Part shown: piece after piece, positions 49,401-57,535 of the stretch | Numbering within the stretch: position 1 is the first letter of the stretch | How the letters are laid out: each line of letters begins with the position of its first letter | DNA from: a virus | Length of the DNA: 64,000 nt | Strand: one strand, 5' to 3' | Virus record (IMG/VR): IMGVR_UViG_3300024261_000007 | Coordinates: 32,001-96,000 of that record | Notes under the pieces: generated by a model | What the model saw: the letters and a program-made list of their open reading frames with translations, nothing else | The model's database searches: none | What the model was told of the DNA's origin: nothing | Made by a program: the position numbers and the translations under genes

Positions 49401-51802
49401 GTTATACGATTGGTGAAGTTTCTGAAACGCAAGGTTTCAAGATTATTTTAAATGGTTATTCAAACACCCAGAACCCTGCGGTTTTAAATTGTTCGTTTAA
49501 TCCTGATTCACCATCATATTTTGCAAAAGTGTTAAACACAGATTCAACAAAGATTGAAGAGTTAGGTCATTATTTATACGCATGGTGGGATGTAAAACCT
49601 GCTGTTGCAAGTCCATCCAATGTAGGTTTAAGACATTCAGGTGGACAATTAAGTGCTGAATATGAAAGAATGATTGGTTTCTTAACTGAAGGTGCTTCTG
49701 GAAGAGACGGATCTCTTGATGGTAGCAAGCCAAATTATGAAAACTTTGAATCAAAATTCCGAACATCATGTACTCCTTGGATTGTTTCTCAGTTCTACGG
49801 TTCTGAAGGTGATCAAGCAGTAAGACCAGCTACAGCAAAAAGTGGTGATTCTTTAAGATTATTTAAACTTCATTCATTGGACGATGGATCTGCAAGTAAT
49901 AATAAGTTTAGATTGTTAATTTCTAATTTAAGATATGTATCAGACACTGAATATGGTTCGTTTGATATGGCACTTGAGAGTTGGGATTCTGACCCAATTA
50001 AGGGCACTCCGCTTGCTGCTTGGAAAAATGCTTCATTAGATCCAATGAGCAATAACTTTGTTGGTCGTTTAGTTGGTGACAAGCATATTTATTTTGACTT
50101 TGAAAAAGATGCAGATAAGCAACGGTTAAGAGAAGAAGGTCAATATGCACAAAAAAATCCTTACGTTAGAATTGAACTTTCAGATGGCTTAAAGAAAGGA
50201 AATATTCCGGTTGATGCTTTACCAACAGGTTTCCAAGGTCACTCTATTCTTTTCACAAATACATCAGGTAACTTTATTGAGCCTACCGACTTAGTAGAAA
50301 GCAAAAGAATATTTACAGATGCTGCCGATAACGTATCTTCAGTATTGTCTACAATGCAGGTTCTTCCAATGGACTATGTTATTTCTATTAATAGACAGCC
50401 TATTCAAGATATATTTGAAGCTGATGATGACTTAGCTTGGGGTGTTAAGTTTGGTTTAAGAGAATCTCAAGTTGATTTTATAAGTGATTCAAATAGAGGA
50501 CATAAAGAAAATCAAGAGCAAGTATTTAATAAATCAATGTTATCTTGGGCCAAGTTCTTCCCGGACTTTGGTTCAAATCCAGCAATGTTGACTGACGGTG
50601 ATGATACTGACTTGGCACAGAATTCTTTCTTCTCTCTTGAAAAGATTGAAATACCATCAAGTTCTTTGACTTCTGACAAAATTACTTCATGGGATGGATC
50701 AATGTATCGTAGAAATGCAGGTGCTGCACCATCAAATGGAAGTAGATTTGTTAATATTTCGAAAGATGCAAATGTAAAGAACTTAAGATATCTTAAATTC
50801 CGTTGTATGTTCCAAGGTGGATTTGATGGCGTTAATATCTTTGACGAGCAAAAAGCAGAATTTAGTGGAACAGCAACATTGCGTGAAGGTTTTGATGAGA
50901 CTGATAGCAAGAAGTTTACTGGACCGACAATTATGTCTTATCGTCGCGCAGTTGACGTTCTTTCTGACAAGTCTGCAGCAGAATTCCAACTTCTTGTTTT
51001 GCCTGGTCAAAGAGCTTCTGCAATAACTGATTACGCAATTTCTGCTTGTGAAGATCGATTTGATGCATTGTACTTAATGGACATTGTTGAAAAGAATGAT
51101 AGTGATATTGCAATTGAAGATGCACAAGAAAAAGCAAACGTAAGAAATACAATTCGTGAGTTTAGTCAAAGATTGCTTGATACATCATTTGCAGCTGCTT
51201 ACTTCCCAGACGTTTTGATGAGAAGACCTTCTGATAATGCACCAACATTGGTACCACCTTCAGTAGGTATGCTTGGTGCATTAAGTCGTAATGATTCAAT
51301 TGCTGATCCATGGTTTGCACCTGCTGGTTTAAATCGAGGTCGTCTAAATGCTATTGATTCAAAGGTCCAAATGACTCGCGATTTACTTGATGAATTATAC
51401 GATGCAGACATTAATCCAATTTACGTTCCAGCAGGACGTAGTGGTGAGGTTTATGCCTTTGGTCAGAAGACATTATTACAAGATCAATCAGCACTTGATA
51501 GAATCAATGTGAGACGTCTTCTTATCGATATACGTCGTAAGGTTCGCAAAGTTGGTGAGCAATTACTCTTTGAGCCAAATAGAGCATCTACTCTTTCAAG
51601 ATTTTCTGGACTTGTAGAGCCAATTATGGCAAACGTTCAAGCTCGTCGCGGCGTTGCTCGTTATAAGGTGCAAATTGATGCTTCAACAACAACTCAAGCA
51701 GATGTTGAAAACAATACAATAAGAGGAAAGATTTATTTACAACCTCTTAAGTCTGTAGAGTTTATTTCTCTTGATTTTGTTGTAGCAAACAATATTGAAT
51801 AG
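46451..51802 (+). CDS. gp18: Tail sheath protein 2 (1783 aa) with a large repeated-domain insertion
   Basis: VGPASKGPAFVP, WFAPAGLNRG, FGQKTL, LDRINVRRL, PLKSVEFISLDF. Confidence 0.95.
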   Translation: MAGQGSARVTLREIDLSQVRNPQQQPQGVPAAVVGPASKGPAFVPRTFANMQQFEEVFGSMRERGYQGNANLFGPMALNEWMRSASAGTYLRVLGVGDGLKSSGGKTTDAGFVVGAKQVQEQSNDLGKVGDNPHATIEDSNDALALGRTQFLGCFMKDSTGSNFLKDAGMEAEGSAASLVIEFGALPQSGDTIKLNAVDEQGNLNGDVTFTFGNGGVAIGASAVEALANLKAAIEADGQLGDNGDHRIDVSAVDDVNGLADDNLARITLTSAFPVALDSTNDCIAKFNLNPAGEGSDLLIKVGDKTASVKDDTFSFAQVGGTAAFADIVLSDQPAAGGTLSITAITNDGDGTFSDQDVVYTFKANLANPDDAAELASGQQVSGVYRIASNTSVEVKIGNTFADTSSNLRAAFRRVASQVGDGISTSTKHEGLFVVGDLDTTSFRLTHVLKGEASRSKNDGETAPISVDATNLTVKGASDINNTLDDTIINDDTDGFFKSGSDGSATTLTMKLSDNPNSGDNLELQMVAADGSIKKDSFEFATPNVYLNGNVIVASSIAATAELVYTGKPLDTETLTLTDANDDSLVFEIDEATDDVAGGIMRSRLPAALGDALADSGADIGQTITLEDTAGTSETYILTDTGAGGLATGAVVALNNDLGDGNLAVQGQVGHIAVGVDLTNGISKLVLIRALADAIASAEGHGNTITIEETDVDGQGGNDSITIFQSVGDAAGNTAVTTDIAPIVAINNTSLTRGIDRIAVGIKSAADANAAAGSLVSAINNSALRITATRVGNASPVTLTQDDVGTLGNDKDIAETLTNYTADETFAGGVDVIAIELGVDKQETLYNMRRALSANTTAFSQTLLSSAVSDSADSITISMLQEKGSLKSALTNVINVSDAALFSNPAGEIKLGNFGEKQENFSGGGGAATPVIRGVLMTPQGVKAAMDVAAGLDDLVNSVEGSAHIRSVAHGKTFGVTAGTNLTGYTIGEVSETQGFKIILNGYSNTQNPAVLNCSFNPDSPSYFAKVLNTDSTKIEELGHYLYAWWDVKPAVASPSNVGLRHSGGQLSAEYERMIGFLTEGASGRDGSLDGSKPNYENFESKFRTSCTPWIVSQFYGSEGDQAVRPATAKSGDSLRLFKLHSLDDGSASNNKFRLLISNLRYVSDTEYGSFDMALESWDSDPIKGTPLAAWKNASLDPMSNNFVGRLVGDKHIYFDFEKDADKQRLREEGQYAQKNPYVRIELSDGLKKGNIPVDALPTGFQGHSILFTNTSGNFIEPTDLVESKRIFTDAADNVSSVLSTMQVLPMDYVISINRQPIQDIFEADDDLAWGVKFGLRESQVDFISDSNRGHKENQEQVFNKSMLSWAKFFPDFGSNPAMLTDGDDTDLAQNSFFSLEKIEIPSSSLTSDKITSWDGSMYRRNAGAAPSNGSRFVNISKDANVKNLRYLKFRCMFQGGFDGVNIFDEQKAEFSGTATLREGFDETDSKKFTGPTIMSYRRAVDVLSDKSAAEFQLLVLPGQRASAITDYAISACEDRFDALYLMDIVEKNDSDIAIEDAQEKANVRNTIREFSQRLLDTSFAAAYFPDVLMRRPSDNAPTLVPPSVGMLGALSRNDSIADPWFAPAGLNRGRLNAIDSKVQMTRDLLDELYDADINPIYVPAGRSGEVYAFGQKTLLQDQSALDRINVRRLLIDIRRKVRKVGEQLLFEPNRASTLSRFSGLVEPIMANVQARRGVARYKVQIDASTTTQADVENNTIRGKIYLQPLKSVEFISLDFVVANNIE

Positions 51803-51853
51803 ATAAAGTGATAGATATATATAATTAAAGAAAGAATTTAGGAGTTATTAAAC

Positions 51854-52342
51854 ATGGCTGAGACACTATCCGTTACAGAAATGATACCCAATAAGTTTGA
51901 ACCAAAGAGAAAGAATCGATGGGTCTTTGCTATTGAAGGTATCGACGCGTTTCTTATGAAGACTGCGAACCGTCCTTCGTATTCAACAAACGAAACAACA
52001 ATCCCTTTTATAAATAGTACCCGCTACCTTGCTGGTAAGACAACTTTTGATACAATGTCTGTGACACTTCATGACCCAATTGCACCTTCAGGCGCACAAC
52101 AGGTTATGGAATGGATCAGAACTCACTTCGAGTCAGTATCAGGTCGCGCTGGTTACGCTGACTTTTATAAGAGAGACTGCCAACTCAAGATGCTTGATCC
52201 AGTTGGCACAGTTGTAGAACTTTGGGACATCAAAGGAGCTTTCTTGACAACAGCTTCCTTTGGTGACTTAAGTTATGACGGCGACGATCCACAAGAGATT
52301 TCTCTTACTCTTCGCTTTGACAACTGTGTACTACAATACTAA
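51854..52342 (+). CDS. gp19: Tail tube protein (T4 gp19-like)
   Basis: FEPKRKNRW, YLAGK, LHDPIAPSGAQQVMEW, LDPVGTVVELW...GAF, LTLRFD. Confidence 0.92.
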   Translation: MAETLSVTEMIPNKFEPKRKNRWVFAIEGIDAFLMKTANRPSYSTNETTIPFINSTRYLAGKTTFDTMSVTLHDPIAPSGAQQVMEWIRTHFESVSGRAGYADFYKRDCQLKMLDPVGTVVELWDIKGAFLTTASFGDLSYDGDDPQEISLTLRFDNCVLQY

Positions 52343-52383
52343 TTAAAAATATAGCAACACAGCTTGCCATCTTCTAAAGAACC

Positions 52384-52415
52384 AAAAAAAGAGTATCTCT
52401 TGGTGCTCTTTTTTT
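52384..52415 (+). terminator. Rho-independent terminator, possibly bidirectional
   Basis: aaaaaaagagtatc-tctt-ggtgctcttttttt. Confidence 0.75.
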
Positions 52416-52496
52416 GTATCTGTTAAACTATTTTTCTTTTAAAATATAATTTATCAATAATTAAATTAAAATAAAACAGAAACAACTAGGTAAACA

Positions 52497-55400
52497 ATGG
52501 CTGAAAATGACTTTGCTGAAATTGAATTAGGTAATATTCCTCGACCAAACTTGCAAGAGCAATATGCTGGATTATTAAGTACAACATTAGGTGTAGTAGG
52601 TCCTGCATTTAAAGGACAAGCATTTGTTCCTACTGTTATAACAAACGAAGACGGAGCAGACAATACTTTAATTAATAAGCTTGGAACAAACAGACAAAAC
52701 CTGAATCAACACCTGTATGATGAATTTCTAAACTATAAAAATAGTCAAGGCTACCTCGCAGCTAACGCATGGCTTTCAAATGGTGGTGAATATCTTTATT
52801 ACACAAGAGTTCTTGGGATTGGCAGTGGCATTAAAAATGATCTAACAGGGAAAATGAAAGGCTCAGGCTTTCGTGTTGATCAAAATGTCAGTCATGGTAC
52901 TCTTGACAATACAAGATCTGCATATAGATTTTCTAATAATGACGTAGCAAAAGGTTCAACTGGGTTTGTTCTTCGAAAAATATCTCAAGCAAACTATACA
53001 GAAGTTAATAGAAACGCGGAAGATGAATTTTCCAAACAAGGAGAATTGGAATACTATAAAGAGTTAGGTCTTGAAAATAATGATTATTATTTTATTACAA
53101 ATGTTTTTGTTTTTAATCAAGGCGTTTTACCAACTTTTGATAATTCATTTAATAATACATACACTTTAGGTGATATAGAAGGAAACGAATCAGGAGGCAT
53201 ATCAAAGAATAATATTGTTGTAAAAAAAGCAAAATTTGTTATAACAAACATAAAACTTAATGGGTACAATCCTCTTTTTGTAGAAAAAATGCATGAAAAC
53301 ACCTTTTCAAAGTTTCGAAATGGCTTTACACTTGGTAACAATACGTATGAAAATTACAAAGAAAACTCAGCATTTTCAGACTCAAGAAAATCTTCAAATA
53401 CTTTTGTGTCTAAGTTTTTTGAAAAAGGCTTTTTAAATTATGCTTCTTTTCCTCTTTTTAAGTTAAAAACCCAAGCGAGTTCTATATCAGATACAAAAAT
53501 ATTAATAAGTAAGTCGCTGTCCGACAATGAAAAACTAACTAAGACTGACTATAATTCTTGGGAAAGTGAATACACAACAGCAAAAACACCTTGGGTTACA
53601 TCACAACCTTTAGACAGATCAGGTTTTACAGAAAGCATAGCTGGCGTTGCATATGATAATAGAATCAATATTCATAAAAAAGTTTCAAATTTATTTAAAT
53701 TCTTTTCTTTGGATGATGGTGAAATAGGAAACAGATTTAGAATAAAAATAAACATTAAGAAAAAAGGCAATGAAAACATTTCTGATATTAGGTTTGTAAA
53801 TAAAATATACAACAATAAAATTTTAGAAAACTACAGTTTTTATAGCAATTCTGCAAATGCTCAAAGCTTAATTAATGAATTAGATAATTTTTACGCTACT
53901 TTCGATGTACATGTTTTTGAATATGATCCAAGGCTACATAAGTTTATAGACTTAGAAGATGAAACTACAAGTGCCATAACGTCAGTACAGTCGTTTAACG
54001 ATTTAAATCTAAACCCATTAAGTTCAAACTATATAGGAAAAGTAATTGGAACAAAACATAGATACTATGATTTTGAAGCAGACTGTGTAGTTGAAAAAGG
54101 AAAGTATGAAAATACAAACAAATACATAAGAGTAGAAATCTCAGATTTTATAGAAAAAATAGAATCAGCAAAACAACATATGCTTTTACCTTCTGGATTT
54201 AGATCTTATCCTCACATCGAATTAAACAAAGAATCTTTTGATCACTATCTCGATCAGCAAGGTAATGATGAATTTGAAAATTTTGATTTTAATGATATGT
54301 TTGACAATAACGAAATTAAACATTTACCTCCAATGTACAATCTTTGCTATTTAGAAGACTATACATTGCCTGAAACTTTTAGTATTAAAAATAGCTGGGG
54401 CCCTTTATTCTTTAATATTAAAATGAAAAATCAAAATAATAATCTATTAAATATACATGATATAGACAGATATAGTGGCAGTAGTAGTGTAGAAGACGCA
54501 AAATTATTATCACCTCACTTATATTATACAAAATATTTCCTTTCAGACTGCAAGTCAGAATATCAAAATGTGTGGAAAGAAGAAGATAACTATTTAAATT
54601 CATTTTTTCATTTGGAAAAAATATGTACGACTTTTCATATTAATACTAATACTCGTCAAACAACAAGCGCAAGCGCAATTAGTGAAAAAAGAAATATAAA
54701 TTATAAACATTCAGGTAAAAATCTTAAAACTTTCATCGAAAATTCCGCGGCTTTTTATATTAATTTAGATGACACAGAATCAGACACAAGTATTTGGAAA
54801 GATGATAGAACACTTAACGATTTATTTGTAGATAGATTAAGTTTTGACATGTTTACTTATGGAGGATTTGATGGTGTTGATATAAGAGACAACGATAAAA
54901 GAAGTTTTACAAATACAGCAATTGCAAGAGAGGTGTTAGGAGAAGACGAAAAATCACCTGCAGAAGGTGCCACTTACAATTCGTATAAGAAAGCTATAAA
55001 AATAGCATATGATGATGCGTATTCTGATATTGATTTTTTTGTTGTACCTGATGCTTTTAATACACAAATTACAGAGCAATGTACTAAATTAAGTGATGAT
55101 AGCAAAAAAACATTGTTTATAGGTGATGCAAAAGGTGCACTTGATAATATTAGAACACTTTTGTTTTATGACAATAACGAAGTTGGAGCAAATCGCGAAA
55201 TTGTTAATTTTTATGAACAGTTAGGTTTGAATGCAAATTATTACGACATATCAAGTAAGATATCAAGTAGCTATTCAAGAAATGATAGCAATTTAATAAT
55301 AAATGGAATTGATGCTACAGGAGATGCAAAAACTCCTGTTTTTAAGTCAAACGATGAAGATGTTATAAGTTATGAAAATATTGCAAAAAGTCTGAATAGA

Positions 55401-56177
55401 CAAATAGCAGATCAATGGTCGACACAAAGTATACAAAGTAAATATTCTTTTATCGTACATGGAAATTTAGATTGTACGACAAACACAGATTCTTTTTACA
55501 TGTCACCTGTAGTATATACTCTGGCACAATTTATAAAAAATTCAAATAGTATTACTGAATCAGGTAATATAAGTCTTTCAGGCTTAGACAGTATTAACTT
55601 AAACTTAATCGAAGGCATAGAGCTGACAAAGGGAACAACAGAAAATAAACAAGATTTTAAGTATTTAGAAAGACTTTCTTTAGATTACAAATTAAATCTT
55701 TTGGTCAAAAAAACTGCAAGTTCTTTATTTCCGACTTTAAACTCGCAGCTTCTTTCACATGAAGTTAATAAGTCTATATTTACAAGGCAGGATATTTTAA
55801 GAAGTATTTTGGTTATTAAAAAAAGAATTAAGTATGATTTATTTTTAAATCAGCGTTTAGTTGAAGGAGGATTTTTGTTTGCTCAGAATAGTAACTCTAA
55901 AAACTTAAATCAGTTATTAAAAATCCAGCTCGATACTCTGTTAAGCCAGTTTGTAAGTGAAGGTTTAATAGCTGATTTTAGAGTTGTTACTAAAAACTTA
56001 AGTGACCCTGAAGCTATTATTGATATGCAAAGCTATATTTTAAGAGGAACAGTATTATTAAAGTTTAACACAGGATTTAATAATTCTATAATAAATTTAG
56101 GCTTAGATAGTATATTAAGTGATCTAAGTCTATTAAATAATGAAAGTACAGATGCGGTTTTAATACCGACAGTATAA
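52497..56177 (+). CDS. Divergent tail sheath-like protein 3
   Basis: VVGPAFKGQAFVP, TRVLGIG, TPWVTSQP, FFSLDDG and GGFDGVDI are shared with sheaths 1/2; C-terminal motifs are degenerate. Confidence 0.85.
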   Translation: MAENDFAEIELGNIPRPNLQEQYAGLLSTTLGVVGPAFKGQAFVPTVITNEDGADNTLINKLGTNRQNLNQHLYDEFLNYKNSQGYLAANAWLSNGGEYLYYTRVLGIGSGIKNDLTGKMKGSGFRVDQNVSHGTLDNTRSAYRFSNNDVAKGSTGFVLRKISQANYTEVNRNAEDEFSKQGELEYYKELGLENNDYYFITNVFVFNQGVLPTFDNSFNNTYTLGDIEGNESGGISKNNIVVKKAKFVITNIKLNGYNPLFVEKMHENTFSKFRNGFTLGNNTYENYKENSAFSDSRKSSNTFVSKFFEKGFLNYASFPLFKLKTQASSISDTKILISKSLSDNEKLTKTDYNSWESEYTTAKTPWVTSQPLDRSGFTESIAGVAYDNRINIHKKVSNLFKFFSLDDGEIGNRFRIKINIKKKGNENISDIRFVNKIYNNKILENYSFYSNSANAQSLINELDNFYATFDVHVFEYDPRLHKFIDLEDETTSAITSVQSFNDLNLNPLSSNYIGKVIGTKHRYYDFEADCVVEKGKYENTNKYIRVEISDFIEKIESAKQHMLLPSGFRSYPHIELNKESFDHYLDQQGNDEFENFDFNDMFDNNEIKHLPPMYNLCYLEDYTLPETFSIKNSWGPLFFNIKMKNQNNNLLNIHDIDRYSGSSSVEDAKLLSPHLYYTKYFLSDCKSEYQNVWKEEDNYLNSFFHLEKICTTFHINTNTRQTTSASAISEKRNINYKHSGKNLKTFIENSAAFYINLDDTESDTSIWKDDRTLNDLFVDRLSFDMFTYGGFDGVDIRDNDKRSFTNTAIAREVLGEDEKSPAEGATYNSYKKAIKIAYDDAYSDIDFFVVPDAFNTQITEQCTKLSDDSKKTLFIGDAKGALDNIRTLLFYDNNEVGANREIVNFYEQLGLNANYYDISSKISSSYSRNDSNLIINGIDATGDAKTPVFKSNDEDVISYENIAKSLNRQIADQWSTQSIQSKYSFIVHGNLDCTTNTDSFYMSPVVYTLAQFIKNSNSITESGNISLSGLDSINLNLIEGIELTKGTTENKQDFKYLERLSLDYKLNLLVKKTASSLFPTLNSQLLSHEVNKSIFTRQDILRSILVIKKRIKYDLFLNQRLVEGGFLFAQNSNSKNLNQLLKIQLDTLLSQFVSEGLIADFRVVTKNLSDPEAIIDMQSYILRGTVLLKFNTGFNNSIINLGLDSILSDLSLLNNESTDAVLIPTV

Positions 56178-56188
56178 CAGGAGAATAA

Positions 56189-57034
56189 ATGAGCAATTCG
56201 CTAGATACACCAATTAATCCGCAGACTATCAAAAAAGATGGTCCTATTCAAGTTTCAAATGTTATGAAAGACGATTTTGGATTTGATATTCCACAAGAGA
56301 GTGTTCCTCTGCCATCACGAGGAATTATTTATAGCGTTGACGGACCTTTGCATAATCAAGAAACAATTGATATTAAGCCAATGACAGCAAGAGAAGAAGA
56401 TATTTTAACAAGTAGAGCTTATATTAAAAGCGGAACTGTTTTAACAAAACTTTTACAATCTTGTATCACAAACAAGTCAATAAATCCAGATCATCTAATC
56501 AGTGGAGATAGAAATGCGCTTTTAGTTTCTTTAAGGATTACAGGTTATGGCGCTGATTATGATGTTGAAGTAGACTGTCCTGAGTGTGGTTCAAGAAGCA
56601 AGCAAACATTTGATTTATCAAAACTTGAAATTAAAAGGCTTGAAATTGAACCAGTTACAATTGGAGAAAATTTATTTGAAGTCATGTTGCCTGTAACAAA
56701 AAAGTCAGTTAAAGTTAAGTTTTTAACTGGTTCTGATGAAAGAGACATGATGATAACTAGCGAAAGAAGAAAAAAGAGTGGTATGAAGGTAGAAACAACA
56801 ATTACTGATCGGTTGATGAGGTCAATTGTTGCAGTAGATAGTATTGCAGATAAAAACAAAATTGGATTTTTTGTTAAAAACATGCCTGCTCGAGACTCTT
56901 TAGCACTTCGAAGATTTTTAGACCAGAACGAGCCAGGAATTGTCATGAAGTCTTGGATGAATTGTTCAAGCTGTCACGAGCAAAGCGAGGTAGGTCTTCC
57001 TATGGGTGCCTCGTTTTTTTGGCCTGACACCTAA
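56189..57034 (+). CDS. T4 gp26-like baseplate hub / tail assembly chaperone
   Basis: VPLPSRG, MTAREEDILTS, GDRNALLVSLRITGYG, CPEC, CSSC; ends FFWPDT. Confidence 0.8.
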   Translation: MSNSLDTPINPQTIKKDGPIQVSNVMKDDFGFDIPQESVPLPSRGIIYSVDGPLHNQETIDIKPMTAREEDILTSRAYIKSGTVLTKLLQSCITNKSINPDHLISGDRNALLVSLRITGYGADYDVEVDCPECGSRSKQTFDLSKLEIKRLEIEPVTIGENLFEVMLPVTKKSVKVKFLTGSDERDMMITSERRKKSGMKVETTITDRLMRSIVAVDSIADKNKIGFFVKNMPARDSLALRRFLDQNEPGIVMKSWMNCSSCHEQSEVGLPMGASFFWPDT

Positions 57035-57251
57035 CAACAAAGACTTATACTTGGACCAGATATTTGCGCTTATATATCATCTTGGCTTTACCTATAGCGA
57101 TGCATATAATTGCCCAGTTTGGCAAAGATTCTGGTTTTTAAATAGATTAAAACACTATTTAAAAGAGTCAAAACAGAATAATTCTCCTACCCCAGAAGGG
57201 GCTAAAAGATCAAATAGCGGAATTAGAGGAATTAGTAAGTCTTTTACATAG
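57006..57251 (+). CDS. gp51-like ORF, probably expressed as a frameshift extension of the upstream chaperone
   Basis: Overlaps upstream in the +1 frame across a T7 run with no clear RBS; LIYHLGFTYSDAYNCPVWQRFWFL. Confidence 0.65.
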   Translation: MPRFFGLTPNNKDLYLDQIFALIYHLGFTYSDAYNCPVWQRFWFLNRLKHYLKESKQNNSPTPEGAKRSNSGIRGISKSFT

Positions 57252-57280
57252 ATAATTATTAAAAAGCTTTGAGGATCGCT

Positions 57281-57535
57281 ATGATAAACAAAAGAGAAAA
57301 ATTTATACATAACATTGCAGCAAAATACATTTCAGGTAAAAGTCTTGACATCGAATTGTCAGGAAACAAGCATGAAATAGAATGTTTTGCAAGTCTTTTA
57401 GAAGTTTCAAAAAAACTTTATGATATTTTAAATGATAATAAATCGTCACTAACTGAGGCGAACGATTTACTAAGGCAAAAAAAAGAAGCAACTAAGCATT
57501 TTGAGAGTCTAACAGGAATTACCTGGAGATTGTAA
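57281..57535 (+). CDS. Hypothetical protein
   Basis: GAGG at 57271 favours ATG 57281; TAATG-coupled to the next gene. Confidence 0.7.
   Translation: MINKREKFIHNIAAKYISGKSLDIELSGNKHEIECFASLLEVSKKLYDILNDNKSSLTEANDLLRQKKEATKHFESLTGITWRL

Noticed and set aside
43272-57251. Bacterial eCIS/tailocin locus rather than phage
   Set aside because: Terminase, portal, protease, scaffold, capsid and neck genes are all present, and there are no host housekeeping genes.
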